Positions 14,976 through 24,211 of a stretch of 32,000 nucleotides of DNA are shown here, piece after piece. The first letter of the stretch is position 1; every line of letters starts with the position of its first letter. Origin of the DNA: Cylindrospermopsis raciborskii Cr2010 (lineage in GTDB: Bacteria; Cyanobacteriota; Cyanobacteriia; Cyanobacteriales; Nostocaceae); contig NZ_CP065936.1 of NCBI RefSeq assembly GCF_003367075.2, positions 1,110,001-1,142,000 on the forward strand, in the 5' to 3' direction. Both the position numbers and the translations under genes were made by a program. The notes beneath the pieces are model-generated. The model saw nothing but the letters and a program-made list of their open reading frames with translations. It did no database searches and was not told the DNA's origin.

Positions 14976-15002
14976 TAAAAAAGGGCGGGTTTTTCACCGC
15001 CC
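14976..15002 (-). terminator. Rho-independent terminator of gnd
   Basis: On the minus strand GGGCGG-TGAAAAAC-CCGCCC is followed by T6 (plus-strand A-run at 14977-14982). Confidence 0.7.
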
Positions 15003-15047
15003 ACAAAACTTTAGAAATGCTCAAAATCAAAGTCAACTTCCCAAGAA

Positions 15048-16478
15048 TTACTTCTTAGCTTCAGCAATAGGAACCCACTCAGTATGGAAAGTTCCTTCTA
15101 TATCAACCCGTTTGTAAGTATGAGCGCCAAAATAATCCCGTTGAGCTTGGGTTAAGTTTTGAGGTAATCTCTCCCGACGGTAGCTATCAAAATAATCCAG
15201 AGAAGCACTAAAAGCAGGAACAGGAATACCCGTCTTAGCAGCTGTGACAATAATTTCCCGCCATGCAGACTGTCTATCCAGAATTGTTTGCTTAAATTCA
15301 GGTGCTAACAACAAGTTAGGTAATGCGGGATTTTCGTCAAATGCTTTCTTAATCTTATTCAAGAAACCAGCACGAATAATACAACCACCTTTCCAAATTC
15401 GAGCCATTTCACCCAAATTCAGACCCCAATTATAGGTCTTAGAAGCAGTGGAAATTAATGCCATACCCTGAGCATAAGAACAAATTTTAGAACAATAAAG
15501 TGCATCCCGCACCATGTTCACAAAGGTTCTCGTGTCTTTAAATTGAGTGGGAACAGGACCTGTTAATTGTTTAGATGCAGCAATTCTCTCCTCCCTAATA
15601 GAGGAAATAATTCGAGAATTCACCGCAGCAGTAATTGTAGGAATAGCAACCCCTAACTCTAAAGCAGTTTGCACGGTCCAACGACCAGTACCTTTTTGCC
15701 CTGCAGCATCAACAATTAAATCTACTAAGGGTTGTTTAGTCCCAGGATCAACGTAGGGGAAAATATTGGCTGTAATCTCAATCAAAAATGAGTTCAGCTC
15801 GTCTGTTTGATTCCACTCTGTAAATACCTGATGCAGTTGGGTAGCATCTAGTCCACCAACGTTCTTGAGTAAATCATAAGCCTCTGCAATTAACTGCATG
15901 TCGCCATACTCAATCCCATTATGAACCATTTTCACGTAGTGACCAGAACCACCGGGCCCAATATAAGTCACACAGGGACCATCATCAACTTGTGCAGCGA
16001 TTCTGTTAAAAATTGGTGAGAGATACTCATAAGAACTTTTTGTACCACCTGGCATGAGTGAGGGACCATTCAATGCTCCCTCTTCACCACCACTTACACC
16101 CATACCAATGTAGCGTAAACCAGTGGGTTCTAATTCTTGGGTACGTCTTTCCGTATCTTCAAACCAAGAGTTACCACCATCAATAATGATGTCTCCTTCT
16201 TGAAGTAATGGTTTCAGCTGTTGAATAACTGCATCAACAGGTTTGCCAGCTTGTACCATTACTAAGATTTTACGAGGACGTTCCAGTGAAGCAACAAATT
16301 CTTCTAGGGTAAAGGCTGCCTTAACGTTTCTGCCACCAGCTCGGTTTGACATAAACGCATCTGTTTTTTCTCTAGATCTGTTGTAAACTGCAATTGGAAA
16401 GCCATTACGCTCGACATTGAGGGCAATATTTTCGCCCATAACGGCTAATCCAATTACGCCAAAGCTTTGTAGTGTCAT
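15048..16478 (-). CDS. gnd: 6-phosphogluconate dehydrogenase, decarboxylating
   Basis: GVIGLAVMGENIALN NADP-binding N-terminus, GMGVSGGEEGA, HNGIEYGDMQLI, 476 aa. Confidence 0.95.
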   Translation of the reverse strand: MTLQSFGVIGLAVMGENIALNVERNGFPIAVYNRSREKTDAFMSNRAGGRNVKAAFTLEEFVASLERPRKILVMVQAGKPVDAVIQQLKPLLQEGDIIIDGGNSWFEDTERRTQELEPTGLRYIGMGVSGGEEGALNGPSLMPGGTKSSYEYLSPIFNRIAAQVDDGPCVTYIGPGGSGHYVKMVHNGIEYGDMQLIAEAYDLLKNVGGLDATQLHQVFTEWNQTDELNSFLIEITANIFPYVDPGTKQPLVDLIVDAAGQKGTGRWTVQTALELGVAIPTITAAVNSRIISSIREERIAASKQLTGPVPTQFKDTRTFVNMVRDALYCSKICSYAQGMALISTASKTYNWGLNLGEMARIWKGGCIIRAGFLNKIKKAFDENPALPNLLLAPEFKQTILDRQSAWREIIVTAAKTGIPVPAFSASLDYFDSYRRERLPQNLTQAQRDYFGAHTYKRVDIEGTFHTEWVPIAEAKK

Positions 16479-16673
16479 AGTTGTTTTTGGGTTTGGCTAA
16501 CTCTTGCAGATGCTTTCATCTTTAAGGGTAATCCGAGATTTTCGGTTCACTTCTAAAGAAGACATTAAGAGTTGATGTGTAAGACAATAAACCATAACTA
16601 CTAAACTCTAGAATCTGATTTTGATTTGTATTTTCCCGAACAGATAAAACTTATAGGACAGGAGTTGCAAAAT

Positions 16674-17273
16674 ATGCTTGTTTATATTCTATCGTTGGTA
16701 GTGGCAATTGCCAGTTTAACTATTTACGCCAGTGCTTTCTTTTTCCCGGAAATTCACCGCAAAAACGATTTTATTTGGAGCGGGGTTGGTTTGTTTTATG
16801 CTTTGGTATTATGGGTTTTTGCATCCCGCATTACCGGGGGTCTATTACTGGGTCATGTAGCTAGTGTGTCACTTTTGTTATGGTTTGGTGGGCAAACTCT
16901 TTCTTTGCGTGGTCAACTTGTCTCCAAGGGAAAGCCAACGTCAGTTCCCACTGCACAACCGGAGATTAAGGGGATTCAGCAACCAGTATCTAAGATATCT
17001 TTACTGGAAAAGCTGCAACAGCTACCATCATTAATTATTAGGCCGTTTAATGGTCTTATAGTCAAGGTTCAGCAAGTGGTTTTTAAAAACCCCTCTGTAA
17101 ATACTAAAATATCCCCGTCACCCACTCCTGAACCACCCACTCCTGAACCACCCGCTCCTGAACCACCCGCTCCTGAATCACCCACTTCCGAACCACCCGC
17201 TCCTGAATCACCCACTTCCGAACCACCCGCTCCTGAACCACCCGCTCCCGAATCATCTAATCCCCAATCCTAG
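16674..17273 (+). CDS. ycf66: Ycf66-family membrane protein with proline-rich repeat tail
   Basis: MLVYILSLVVAIASLTIYASAFFFPEIHRKNDFIWSGVGLFYALVLW has the typical Ycf66 N-terminus. The ATG at 16674 is preferred over the TTG at 16626. The C-terminus is a PEPPAPE/PESPTSE repeat. Confidence 0.8.
   Translation: MLVYILSLVVAIASLTIYASAFFFPEIHRKNDFIWSGVGLFYALVLWVFASRITGGLLLGHVASVSLLLWFGGQTLSLRGQLVSKGKPTSVPTAQPEIKGIQQPVSKISLLEKLQQLPSLIIRPFNGLIVKVQQVVFKNPSVNTKISPSPTPEPPTPEPPAPEPPAPESPTSEPPAPESPTSEPPAPEPPAPESSNPQS
17123..17255 (+). repeat. In-frame 15-nt tandem repeats (CCTGAACCACCCGCT and variants) encoding (PEPPA/PESPT)n
   Basis: About 9 consecutive near-identical 15-nt units inside the ycf66 3' end. 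Confidence 0.85.
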
Positions 17274-17447
17274 ACGATTGGAAGCATAGCTTTAGCCAGT
17301 ATTCTCCAGATCCTTTCTCTCTTGAGTAGTGTTAATCACTTTTAGAATTTTGTCAATGGTTTCAAACAAACGGCACAATCTCTAATAAGTTTGTTAGATA
17401 TTTGTTAAGAAAAGTTACGTAATTCTTAACAAAAGGGAATAATTCTT

Positions 17448-18812
17448 ATGGTTGTTTCACCAGCAAAGAATAAACAACATCATGTTGTTATCATTGGAGG
17501 AGGATTTGGGGGACTTTATGCGGCAAAAACCCTCGCTAATACCAACGTAAATGTCACTCTTATTGATAAACGAAACTTTCATCTATTTCAGCCACTTTTA
17601 TATCAAGTTGCTACGGGCACATTATCACCCGCTGACATTTCCGCACCACTCCGTTCTGTTTTTAGAAACATCAAAAATACTCAAGTGCTGCTAGGAGAAG
17701 TCACCGATATTGATCCCAAAGGACAAAAAGTTTTTCTGGGTGGAGAAGTAGTACAATACGATACACTAGTCCTAGCCACCGGTGCTAATCACTCTTATTT
17801 TGGTAAAGACCATTGGAAAGATTTGGCTCCAGGTCTAAAAACCGTAGAGGATGCTATAGAAATGCGTCGGCGGATATTTTCTGCTTTTGAAGCAGCAGAA
17901 AAGGAATCTGACCCAGCAAAACGCCGCGCTCTATTGACCTTTGTCATCGTAGGTGGTGGTCCTACAGGAGTAGAATTAGCAGGTGCGATCGCAGAATTGG
18001 CTTACCAAACCATGAAGGATGAGTTTCGTAGTATTAATACATCAGAAACCAAAATATTACTACTACAAGGGGGCGATCGCCTGTTACCACATATTGCACC
18101 GGAGTTATCAGAAGAGGCAAAACTCTCCTTACAAAAGTTGGGTGTAGAGATTCAAACTCAAACCAGAGTAACAAACCTAGAAAATGATATTGTTACCTTC
18201 AAAACTGGGGAACGGATTCAGCAGATTGCTTCCAAAACCATATTATGGGCCGCTGGTGTTCAAGGTTCACCCATAGGCAAAATCCTAGCAGAAAGAGCGG
18301 ATATTGAGCGAGATTTTTCTGGTAGGGTAATTGTAGAACCCAATCTGACCATTCCAGGGTTTAAAAACATTTTTGTGATTGGGGATTTAGCCAGCTTCTC
18401 CCATCAAAATGGCAAACCTTTACCCGGTGTCGCACCAGTGGCCAAACAGCAAGGCGAATATGTGGGTACTCTAATTTTACTGAGATTACAAGGTCAAACT
18501 TTGCCAGAATTTAATTACAATGATGTGGGCAGTTTGGCCATGATTGGGCAAAATTTAGCTGTAGTAGATTTAGGTTTTATCAAACTGAAAGGTTTTATTG
18601 CTTGGGTATTTTGGCTAGTAGTTCATATCTACTTCCTAATTGAGTTTGACACTAAATTAGTAGTGGTTTTCCAGTGGGCATGGAATTATATTACTCGTAA
18701 TCGTCGCTCTCGATTAATTACAGGTAAAGCAGCTTTTTTAGAGACACAAACTATCAACAACAATAATCCCTATCAAGCAGCAGAAACTGCACAGCATACA
18801 GTTAAAGTATAG
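17448..18812 (+). CDS. Type II NADH dehydrogenase (NDH-2)
   Basis: HVVIIGGGFGGLYAAK and IVGGGPTGVELAG dinucleotide-binding motifs, 454 aa with a hydrophobic C-terminal segment. Confidence 0.9.
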   Translation: MVVSPAKNKQHHVVIIGGGFGGLYAAKTLANTNVNVTLIDKRNFHLFQPLLYQVATGTLSPADISAPLRSVFRNIKNTQVLLGEVTDIDPKGQKVFLGGEVVQYDTLVLATGANHSYFGKDHWKDLAPGLKTVEDAIEMRRRIFSAFEAAEKESDPAKRRALLTFVIVGGGPTGVELAGAIAELAYQTMKDEFRSINTSETKILLLQGGDRLLPHIAPELSEEAKLSLQKLGVEIQTQTRVTNLENDIVTFKTGERIQQIASKTILWAAGVQGSPIGKILAERADIERDFSGRVIVEPNLTIPGFKNIFVIGDLASFSHQNGKPLPGVAPVAKQQGEYVGTLILLRLQGQTLPEFNYNDVGSLAMIGQNLAVVDLGFIKLKGFIAWVFWLVVHIYFLIEFDTKLVVVFQWAWNYITRNRRSRLITGKAAFLETQTINNNNPYQAAETAQHTVKV

Positions 18813-18917
18813 GTTTTTTGTAGTTGTTGAATTATATTTAGCCAGAACGCTTATCCAGCAATCACTTTTACCCATGAAACCTGTCTATAGCGTTCTGGCT
18901 CACTCCCCCGGGTGACT

Positions 18918-19145
18918 TTACAAGTAAGTGCTAAATTTGATGCTTTCTGGATCACCCCAATCATTTGTGGTTGGACTTGGGAACTCATAGTCCCTATAAT
19001 CACTGGGATAGTCCTTTAATTGTATCCCATATTCTTGTGGGTCGTCCAGTTCTAAATCCTTACACCAGCATCCGCTGAAACTAGTTTTTAAAAACTGATA
19101 TTCTCCAATAAGTTCGGTGATCTCCTCTTTTAGGTCAACTGACAT
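18918..19145 (-). CDS. Small acidic hypothetical protein (75 aa)
   Basis: The ATG at 19145 is preceded by AAGGGGG. The track start at 19172 is TTG. There are no motifs. Confidence 0.5.
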   Translation of the reverse strand: MSVDLKEEITELIGEYQFLKTSFSGCWCKDLELDDPQEYGIQLKDYPSDYRDYEFPSPTTNDWGDPESIKFSTYL

Positions 19146-19286
19146 AGTTTTTACCCCCTTAATTAATGTCAAATGTCACTTTTTGAGTTGGTAAACACCA
19201 TACTATGGAGTTATAAGGGAATTATAAGGAAAAATAAGTAGCACAGTTAAGAAATATTGCCAAAATGAGTCCCAATATTGTTTCAC

Positions 19287-19904
19287 TTACCAACTAGCTC
19301 TTTGACGAATTGCTAGAAGGTTACACTGTAGGTCATTGGCGAGGCGATTTTCAATGATCCCTATTGGCATGGTTAGCTTTGGCCAAACTCGAATTGTGTA
19401 GCACAAATCGGTTCCCTCTCCAGTTCCCAATTTATAAGGTTTTAAGCTCCAAAAACCAGAAAAACCTTTGAAGTCACCCTCTACCATTGCAAATTTGATT
19501 AATTTAGGAAAAATCTCTTCCAAGTCTAGCACCACACGGGCACAAAACTTAAAGTTCAGCAAGCACTGAGACCCTATCTGTTCTAAACGTATACCACCAT
19601 CAGGATGTTCTATCAAAGAACTTTTGGTCAAGTTAGGTATAAACTCCACCAGGGATTCATAGTCGGTGAGGATTTTCCATACCTTTTGTACTGGTTGGTG
19701 GATTTGCACTCGAGCGGTAATTTGTCTTTGTCTGTCGGATAGTTTTTCTACCTGGATGCTAACCCCATCTGAATTTTGCTCCAGAGCATTCTTATCCTTT
19801 GACCGGATGATATTTGGAGAACCAAGTTGGTTTTGTGTCGTCACTTTTGAGAATTTGAATGATTTACCGGGTAAAACTAAGATAGGCAATCTTAAGACTG
19901 TCAT
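19287..19904 (-). CDS. SRPBCC (polyketide cyclase/dehydrase, START-like) family protein
   Basis: The segment VQIHQPVQKVWKILTDYESLVEFIPNLTKS ... FKGFSGFWSLKP matches the cyclase/dehydrase fold pattern. Confidence 0.7.
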   Translation of the reverse strand: MTVLRLPILVLPGKSFKFSKVTTQNQLGSPNIIRSKDKNALEQNSDGVSIQVEKLSDRQRQITARVQIHQPVQKVWKILTDYESLVEFIPNLTKSSLIEHPDGGIRLEQIGSQCLLNFKFCARVVLDLEEIFPKLIKFAMVEGDFKGFSGFWSLKPYKLGTGEGTDLCYTIRVWPKLTMPIGIIENRLANDLQCNLLAIRQRASW

Positions 19905-19996
19905 CCACTATTCTTTCCTAATATTAACAGCATCAGGTATAATTTCCGTTCTTCCAAAGCCTAGTTGGTTATTTTTTTTGTTCAAAGTGCTTTACT

Positions 19997-20027
19997 CCAA
20001 AAGCCTACACTAATTACAGTGTAGGCT
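19997..20027 (-). terminator. Rho-independent terminator of the rplJL operon
   Basis: A perfect 10-bp stem, AGCCTACACT (20002-20011) with AGTGTAGGCT (20018-20027), is followed by U4 on the minus strand. Confidence 0.75.
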
Positions 20028-20034
20028 CGCAATA

Positions 20035-20427
20035 CTACTTAATAGCTACCTTACCACCAGCTTCAGTAATCTTCTTACTAATGTCTTCGGCGGCTTCCTT
20101 GTTGACACCCTCTTTAACCGCTTTAGGAGTAGACTCTACTAACTCCTTAGCTTCTTTTAAGCCTAAACCAGTGATTTCACGCACAATCTTCAGAACCGCA
20201 ATCTTCTTATCAGCAGGTACTTCTTGCAGAATTACATCGAATTCAGTCTGCTCCTCGACTACTTCTGCTGCTGCTGCTCCACCAGGTGCAGCTATGACTG
20301 CCATGCCACCAACGGGCGCAGCAGCACTTACACCAAACGCTTCTTCAATCTGCTTAACCAGTTCCGCAGCTTCTAACAGGGTCAAGGATTTTAACTGTTC
20401 TAAAATTTGATCGGTTGCAGTAGACAT
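20035..20427 (-). CDS. rplL: 50S ribosomal protein L7/L12
   Basis: [31 protein letters not shown] ... LKEAKELVE. Confidence 0.97.
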   Translation of the reverse strand: MSTATDQILEQLKSLTLLEAAELVKQIEEAFGVSAAAPVGGMAVIAAPGGAAAAEVVEEQTEFDVILQEVPADKKIAVLKIVREITGLGLKEAKELVESTPKAVKEGVNKEAAEDISKKITEAGGKVAIK

Positions 20428-20496
20428 TGATATAACTCCTAAGAAATTGTCGTTTTTGTTGATTAGTGGAAATAAGAAAGGTAAAGCTAAACGCTC

Positions 20497-21042
20497 CTAT
20501 TCAGGTGTGGTTGCGCCTTCCTTATCTTTGTCAGCAATAGCTTGAATACCACGAGCCAAAGAACTGGGAACCTCCTTGATACCCACAGCAACTTTTGTGG
20601 CCAATGCGTTGATAGCTCCCGCAATTTGTGCCATCAGCTGTTCCTTGGATGGCAAATCTCCCAAGGCTTTGACATCCTCATCCTTGAGCAAGCGCCCTTC
20701 CATCACTCCGCCACGCAGTTCGGTCTTCTTAGTGGCTTTTTGAAATTCTTGGTAGGCTTTAATTGCTGAAGAGAAATCTTCCTTAACTAGCAAGAAAGCA
20801 GAAGAACCCTTGAGCAACTCTGACATCGGTTGCCATTTTTCTTCCTCCTGAATGGCCAGTCCCATAAAGGTATTTTTAGTCACCTTACAGACCGTACCAC
20901 TAGGACGTAAACGCCTTCTCAAGTCGGTGATTTCGCCAACCGTTAGACCTTGATAATCAATTACCAGTGCCAAAGTTGACTGACTTAGAGTCCCCTTTAA
21001 GTCCGCTACTATCTCTTTTTTGTTTTCTAACGTTCTACCCAT
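20497..21042 (-). CDS. rplJ: 50S ribosomal protein L10
   Basis: MGRTLENKKEIVADLK...LALVIDYQGLTVGEITDLRRRLR. Confidence 0.96.
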   Translation of the reverse strand: MGRTLENKKEIVADLKGTLSQSTLALVIDYQGLTVGEITDLRRRLRPSGTVCKVTKNTFMGLAIQEEEKWQPMSELLKGSSAFLLVKEDFSSAIKAYQEFQKATKKTELRGGVMEGRLLKDEDVKALGDLPSKEQLMAQIAGAINALATKVAVGIKEVPSSLARGIQAIADKDKEGATTPE

Positions 21043-21278
21043 ACTTGTGTCACCTCCTAGGGTAAATGCTCAGTCGTGAGTAATTTAGTTATGGCCATGT
21101 TGACTTACCGAAAACAACAAACCCCAGCGATCTTCGCCGGGGTTTCATAGTAGTATTTTTAATGCTGTAGTTCCCACGTCTGTTTAGCAGATGTGGAATT
21201 ACTTCAGTCAGTTAAAATTACAACCTCGGCAGGATATTAAGCTATACGCACCTGCTGTCTCCGGCTTAATTATGCAAA
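21043..21278 (-). promoter_or_regulatory. rplJ 5' leader (L10-leader-like) with a terminator-like attenuator hairpin
   Basis: This is a 236-nt spacer between rplA and rplJ. The minus strand reads CCCCGGCG-AAGAU-CGCUGGGG followed by UUUGUUGUUUU (plus-strand 21111-21142). Confidence 0.5.
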
Positions 21279-21995
21279 TTATGCAACGTCAGTTGTTTTG
21301 AAATCTCTCAGGGCATTAATATCAATTTTAATTGATGGACCCATGGTAGAAGAGATGTAGAATGTTCGCCAATACCGACCTTTTGCTCCTGAAGGACGAT
21401 TACGGTCAATGGTCTCTTGCAATGCTTTGAGGTTGACCAGCAGGTCTTCCGAAGAAAAGGAGGCTTTACCAAACATAACATGAACAATGCCAGTTCGGTC
21501 AGCACGAAATTCTAGTTTACCAGCTTTAAATTCACTAATCGCACTTGCTATGTCAAATGTTACTGTACCACCTTTAGGAGATGGCATCAACCCACGAGGA
21601 CCCAATAATTTCCCTAGCTTTGCTACCTGTGGCATCACATCAGGAGTAGCAATTAGCTTATCAAAGTCCATCATGCCCTTCTGAATTTCATCAATTAGTT
21701 CTTCAGAACCAGCTATGTCCGCCCCTGCATTGGTGGCTTCTGTGACTTTCTCACCTCTAGCAATAACTGCTACCCGCACTATCTGACCTGTACCCTTGGG
21801 TAACACCACAGTGGTTCGCAGTTGTTGATCCGTGTACTTAGGGTCAATTCCCAGGCGAATATGCGCTTCAGCAGCTTCGGCAAATTTTGCCGTAGCAGTC
21901 TCTTTCAATAGAGCTAACGCTTCTAAGGGAGTGTAATCCCGCTCTTCTACTTTTGCTTGCAACGCCTGTAATCGGCGTGATACTTTCTTTACCAT
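21279..21995 (-). CDS. rplA: 50S ribosomal protein L1
   Basis: [27 protein letters not shown] and position in the rplKAJL cluster. Confidence 0.97.
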   Translation of the reverse strand: MVKKVSRRLQALQAKVEERDYTPLEALALLKETATAKFAEAAEAHIRLGIDPKYTDQQLRTTVVLPKGTGQIVRVAVIARGEKVTEATNAGADIAGSEELIDEIQKGMMDFDKLIATPDVMPQVAKLGKLLGPRGLMPSPKGGTVTFDIASAISEFKAGKLEFRADRTGIVHVMFGKASFSSEDLLVNLKALQETIDRNRPSGAKGRYWRTFYISSTMGPSIKIDINALRDFKTTDVA

Positions 21996-22061
21996 GTTTT
22001 CCTCCTGGGGTTGTTTCGAAGTTCCTCACCTCTCCCCCAATATGATTTGAGATTGGGAATT

Positions 22062-22487
22062 TTAATCCTTAATGGTCACACCCATGTTTTTGGCTGTTCC
22101 CTCCACAATGTTCATCGCTGCTTCAATGTCGTTGGCATTGAGGTCAGGAAGTTTGGTTTGGGCAATTTCTTTTAACTGGGTTCTAGTAATGCTACCAACC
22201 TTTTTCTTGTTTGGTTGGTCCGAACCTCTCTCAATTTTTGCCGCCTTACGAATTAAAACCGATGCTGGGGGTGTTTTGAGTACAAAGGTAAAACTCCGAT
22301 CCTCAAATACGGAAATTTCTACCGGAATTACCATACCAGCTTGGTCAGCTGTTTTGGCATTGTACTCCTTACAAAACATCATGATATTAACACCATGTTG
22401 ACCAAGTGCAGGACCAACCGGTGGTGCTGGGTTGGCTTTCCCAGCATTTAAGGCCAATTTAATGACCGCCACTAATTTCTTCGCCAT
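22062..22487 (-). CDS. rplK: 50S ribosomal protein L11
   Basis: [35 protein letters not shown]. Confidence 0.97.
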   Translation of the reverse strand: MAKKLVAVIKLALNAGKANPAPPVGPALGQHGVNIMMFCKEYNAKTADQAGMVIPVEISVFEDRSFTFVLKTPPASVLIRKAAKIERGSDQPNKKKVGSITRTQLKEIAQTKLPDLNANDIEAAMNIVEGTAKNMGVTIKD

Positions 22488-22493
22488 TTGGAT

Positions 22494-23123
22494 TTAGCTC
22501 TGTTTTTGTACCTGATTAAATTCCAGTTCTACTGGTGTATCTCGTCCGAAAATCGAGAGTAGAGCTTTTAGTTTACTCCTTTCTGGCGACACTTCAATCA
22601 CCTCACCCTCAAAATCCTTGAATGGACCAGAAAGTACCATGATCTTATCACCCGTAGCCATGTCAATTTTAACTACTGGCTCCTGTTCTGTGGTTTGCTT
22701 GAATATACGCTCTACTTCTGAGTTGCTTAGAGGAACCGGTTTGACGTGACCGCGACTTCTCCCGCTACCATGCTTCTGCTCTGCTCCTACAAAATTAATC
22801 ACATGGCTAGTATTTTTTACTATTTGCCAAGTGTCATCACTCATCGTCATCCGCACTAAAACATATCCGGGAAAAACTTTCTCTTCTGTTTGTTGACGGG
22901 TGCCGTCTTTACGGATTTTGACTGCTGGAGTGTGGGGTATTTCTACCTGAATAATTTTGTCAGCCACATCAAAAGTTTGAATACGCTGTTCTAAAGTCGT
23001 TTTTACACGTTTTTCGCAACCAGAGGCTACTTGTACCGCATACCAACGTGCTTCATTTACTGTTGTTTCCAGGGTATCTTCTGACTGGAAAGCATCCCTT
23101 GGTTCATCTGTTGCATAACTCAT
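22494..23123 (-). CDS. nusG: Transcription termination/antitermination factor NusG
   Basis: WYAVQVASGCEKRVK NGN domain and C-terminal KOW (GDKIMVLSGPFKDFEGEVIEV). The ATG at 23123 overlaps the secE stop (TGATG). Confidence 0.93.
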   Translation of the reverse strand: MSYATDEPRDAFQSEDTLETTVNEARWYAVQVASGCEKRVKTTLEQRIQTFDVADKIIQVEIPHTPAVKIRKDGTRQQTEEKVFPGYVLVRMTMSDDTWQIVKNTSHVINFVGAEQKHGSGRSRGHVKPVPLSNSEVERIFKQTTEQEPVVKIDMATGDKIMVLSGPFKDFEGEVIEVSPERSKLKALLSIFGRDTPVELEFNQVQKQS

Positions 23124-23344
23124 CAGAACACCTGTTTTGCTGCCCAAGCAAAAAGTCCATCAACTAGATATATTAAAGATGCGGATAGGGTTACCATTAA
23201 TAAAACGGCTGCTGATTCACTCACCAGCTGTTTACGACTGGGCCAAACTACTTTCTCAAGTTCTTCTTTTGTTCCCTGGAAAAAGTTGTTGAAGCTAAAC
23301 CCACCACCACTTTCTGGCATTTCTGCCTCGTTTTTTTTAGTCAC
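23123..23344 (-). CDS. secE: Preprotein translocase subunit SecE
   Basis: EELEKVVWPSRKQLVSESAAVLLMVTLSASLIYLVDGLF is a single C-terminal TM segment, and the position upstream of nusG is canonical. Confidence 0.92.
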   Translation of the reverse strand: MTKKNEAEMPESGGGFSFNNFFQGTKEELEKVVWPSRKQLVSESAAVLLMVTLSASLIYLVDGLFAWAAKQVF

Positions 23345-23607
23345 GGTCTTTATACCCCCGTTTCTTAGGTTGCTTTATCGAATTCACACCCTAGTTTAGC
23401 ACGCCAGTCCTAAATTGAGGAGTTAACTCGGTGCGGTTGGCGACATTGTATCACCTAGGATTTTCACACCCTAGCCGCTCTCTGGTAATTTACACCTATG
23501 CCATAGAGATAACGACAAATTCTATCCCAAGTCTTGCTAAAAAGTCAAGGCCTCAAAAATGCGAAACCCAAGCTAGCTCATGTTAACCTATTTATCATGA
23601 CTTTCAG

Positions 23608-23680
23608 CGCGCCCTGGAGGACTTGAACCCCCGACATTAGGTTTTGGAGACCTACGTTCTACCAACTGAACTAAGAGCGC
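23608..23680 (-). tRNA. trnW: tRNA-Trp (anticodon CCA)
   Basis: The minus strand reads GCGCTCTTAGTTCAGTTGGTAGAACGTAGGTCTCCAAAACCTAATGTCGGGGGTTCAAGTCCTCCAGGGCGCG. It has a 7-bp acceptor stem, a CT-CCA-AA anticodon loop and a GGTTCAAGTCC T-arm. The 3' CCA is not encoded. Confidence 0.92.
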
Positions 23681-23785
23681 ACGACTTTTGTGTTATTTAC
23701 ACCATGTTAATCTTATTTTTCTTTCTAGTCAAGGGGTAAGCTAAATTTATCAAATTTAGCTTCTTATTCCCATATTATCACTCTA

Positions 23786-24148
23786 TCACAAAGCACGGTC
23801 AAAGCGTTGTTTAATTCTGGTAGCTTTACCAGATAGTTGACGAAGATAATATAATTTAGCTCGTCTAACTTTACCGCGACGCATAATTTTGATATTGTCA
23901 ATCCGTGGTGAGTGCAGTAAAAATACTCGCTCCACCCCTACGCCCTGAAATACCCGACGTACGGTAATAGTCTCGTTAATCCCCCCATTCCGTTTGCCAA
24001 TGACTACCCCTTCGTAGGGTTGCACACGATATTTATCGCCTTCTTTGATTTTTACTCCCACCCGCACTGTGTCACCTACATAGATTTGAGGTAGGTCGGA
24101 CTTTAACTGTTCCGCTTCAATGGAGCGGATAATTTCTTGAGCGTTCAT
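23786..24148 (-). CDS. rplS: 50S ribosomal protein L19
   Basis: [55 protein letters not shown]. Confidence 0.96.
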   Translation of the reverse strand: MNAQEIIRSIEAEQLKSDLPQIYVGDTVRVGVKIKEGDKYRVQPYEGVVIGKRNGGINETITVRRVFQGVGVERVFLLHSPRIDNIKIMRRGKVRRAKLYYLRQLSGKATRIKQRFDRAL

Positions 24149-24211
24149 AGTTCAGTTGTTTTATAGAAAAAACCACAATTAACAATAATAAACCTATAGG
24201 TGTCCCCTAGT

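Noticed and set aside
12045-15756. Track ORFs 12045-12245, 13465-13710, 14394-14579, 15244-15435 and 15547-15756
   Set aside because: Each lies inside, out of frame with, or antisense to a strongly supported gene (rnz, the mrp remnant, the Ser/Thr kinase or gnd).
19666-22401. Track ORFs 19666-20013, 20081-20410, 20542-20769, 21308-21505, 21487-21684 and 22072-22401
   Set aside because: They are antisense or out-of-frame shadows of the SRPBCC gene and of rplL, rplJ, rplA and rplK. Their Ala/Ser/Thr-rich composition is typical of shadow ORFs.
23738-23762. AT-rich perfect palindrome AAGCTAAATTT-ATC-AAATTTAGCTT downstream of rplS as a terminator
   Set aside because: There is no U-tract on the relevant minus strand, and an all-AT stem would be weak. 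The repeat is real but a terminator call is not supported.
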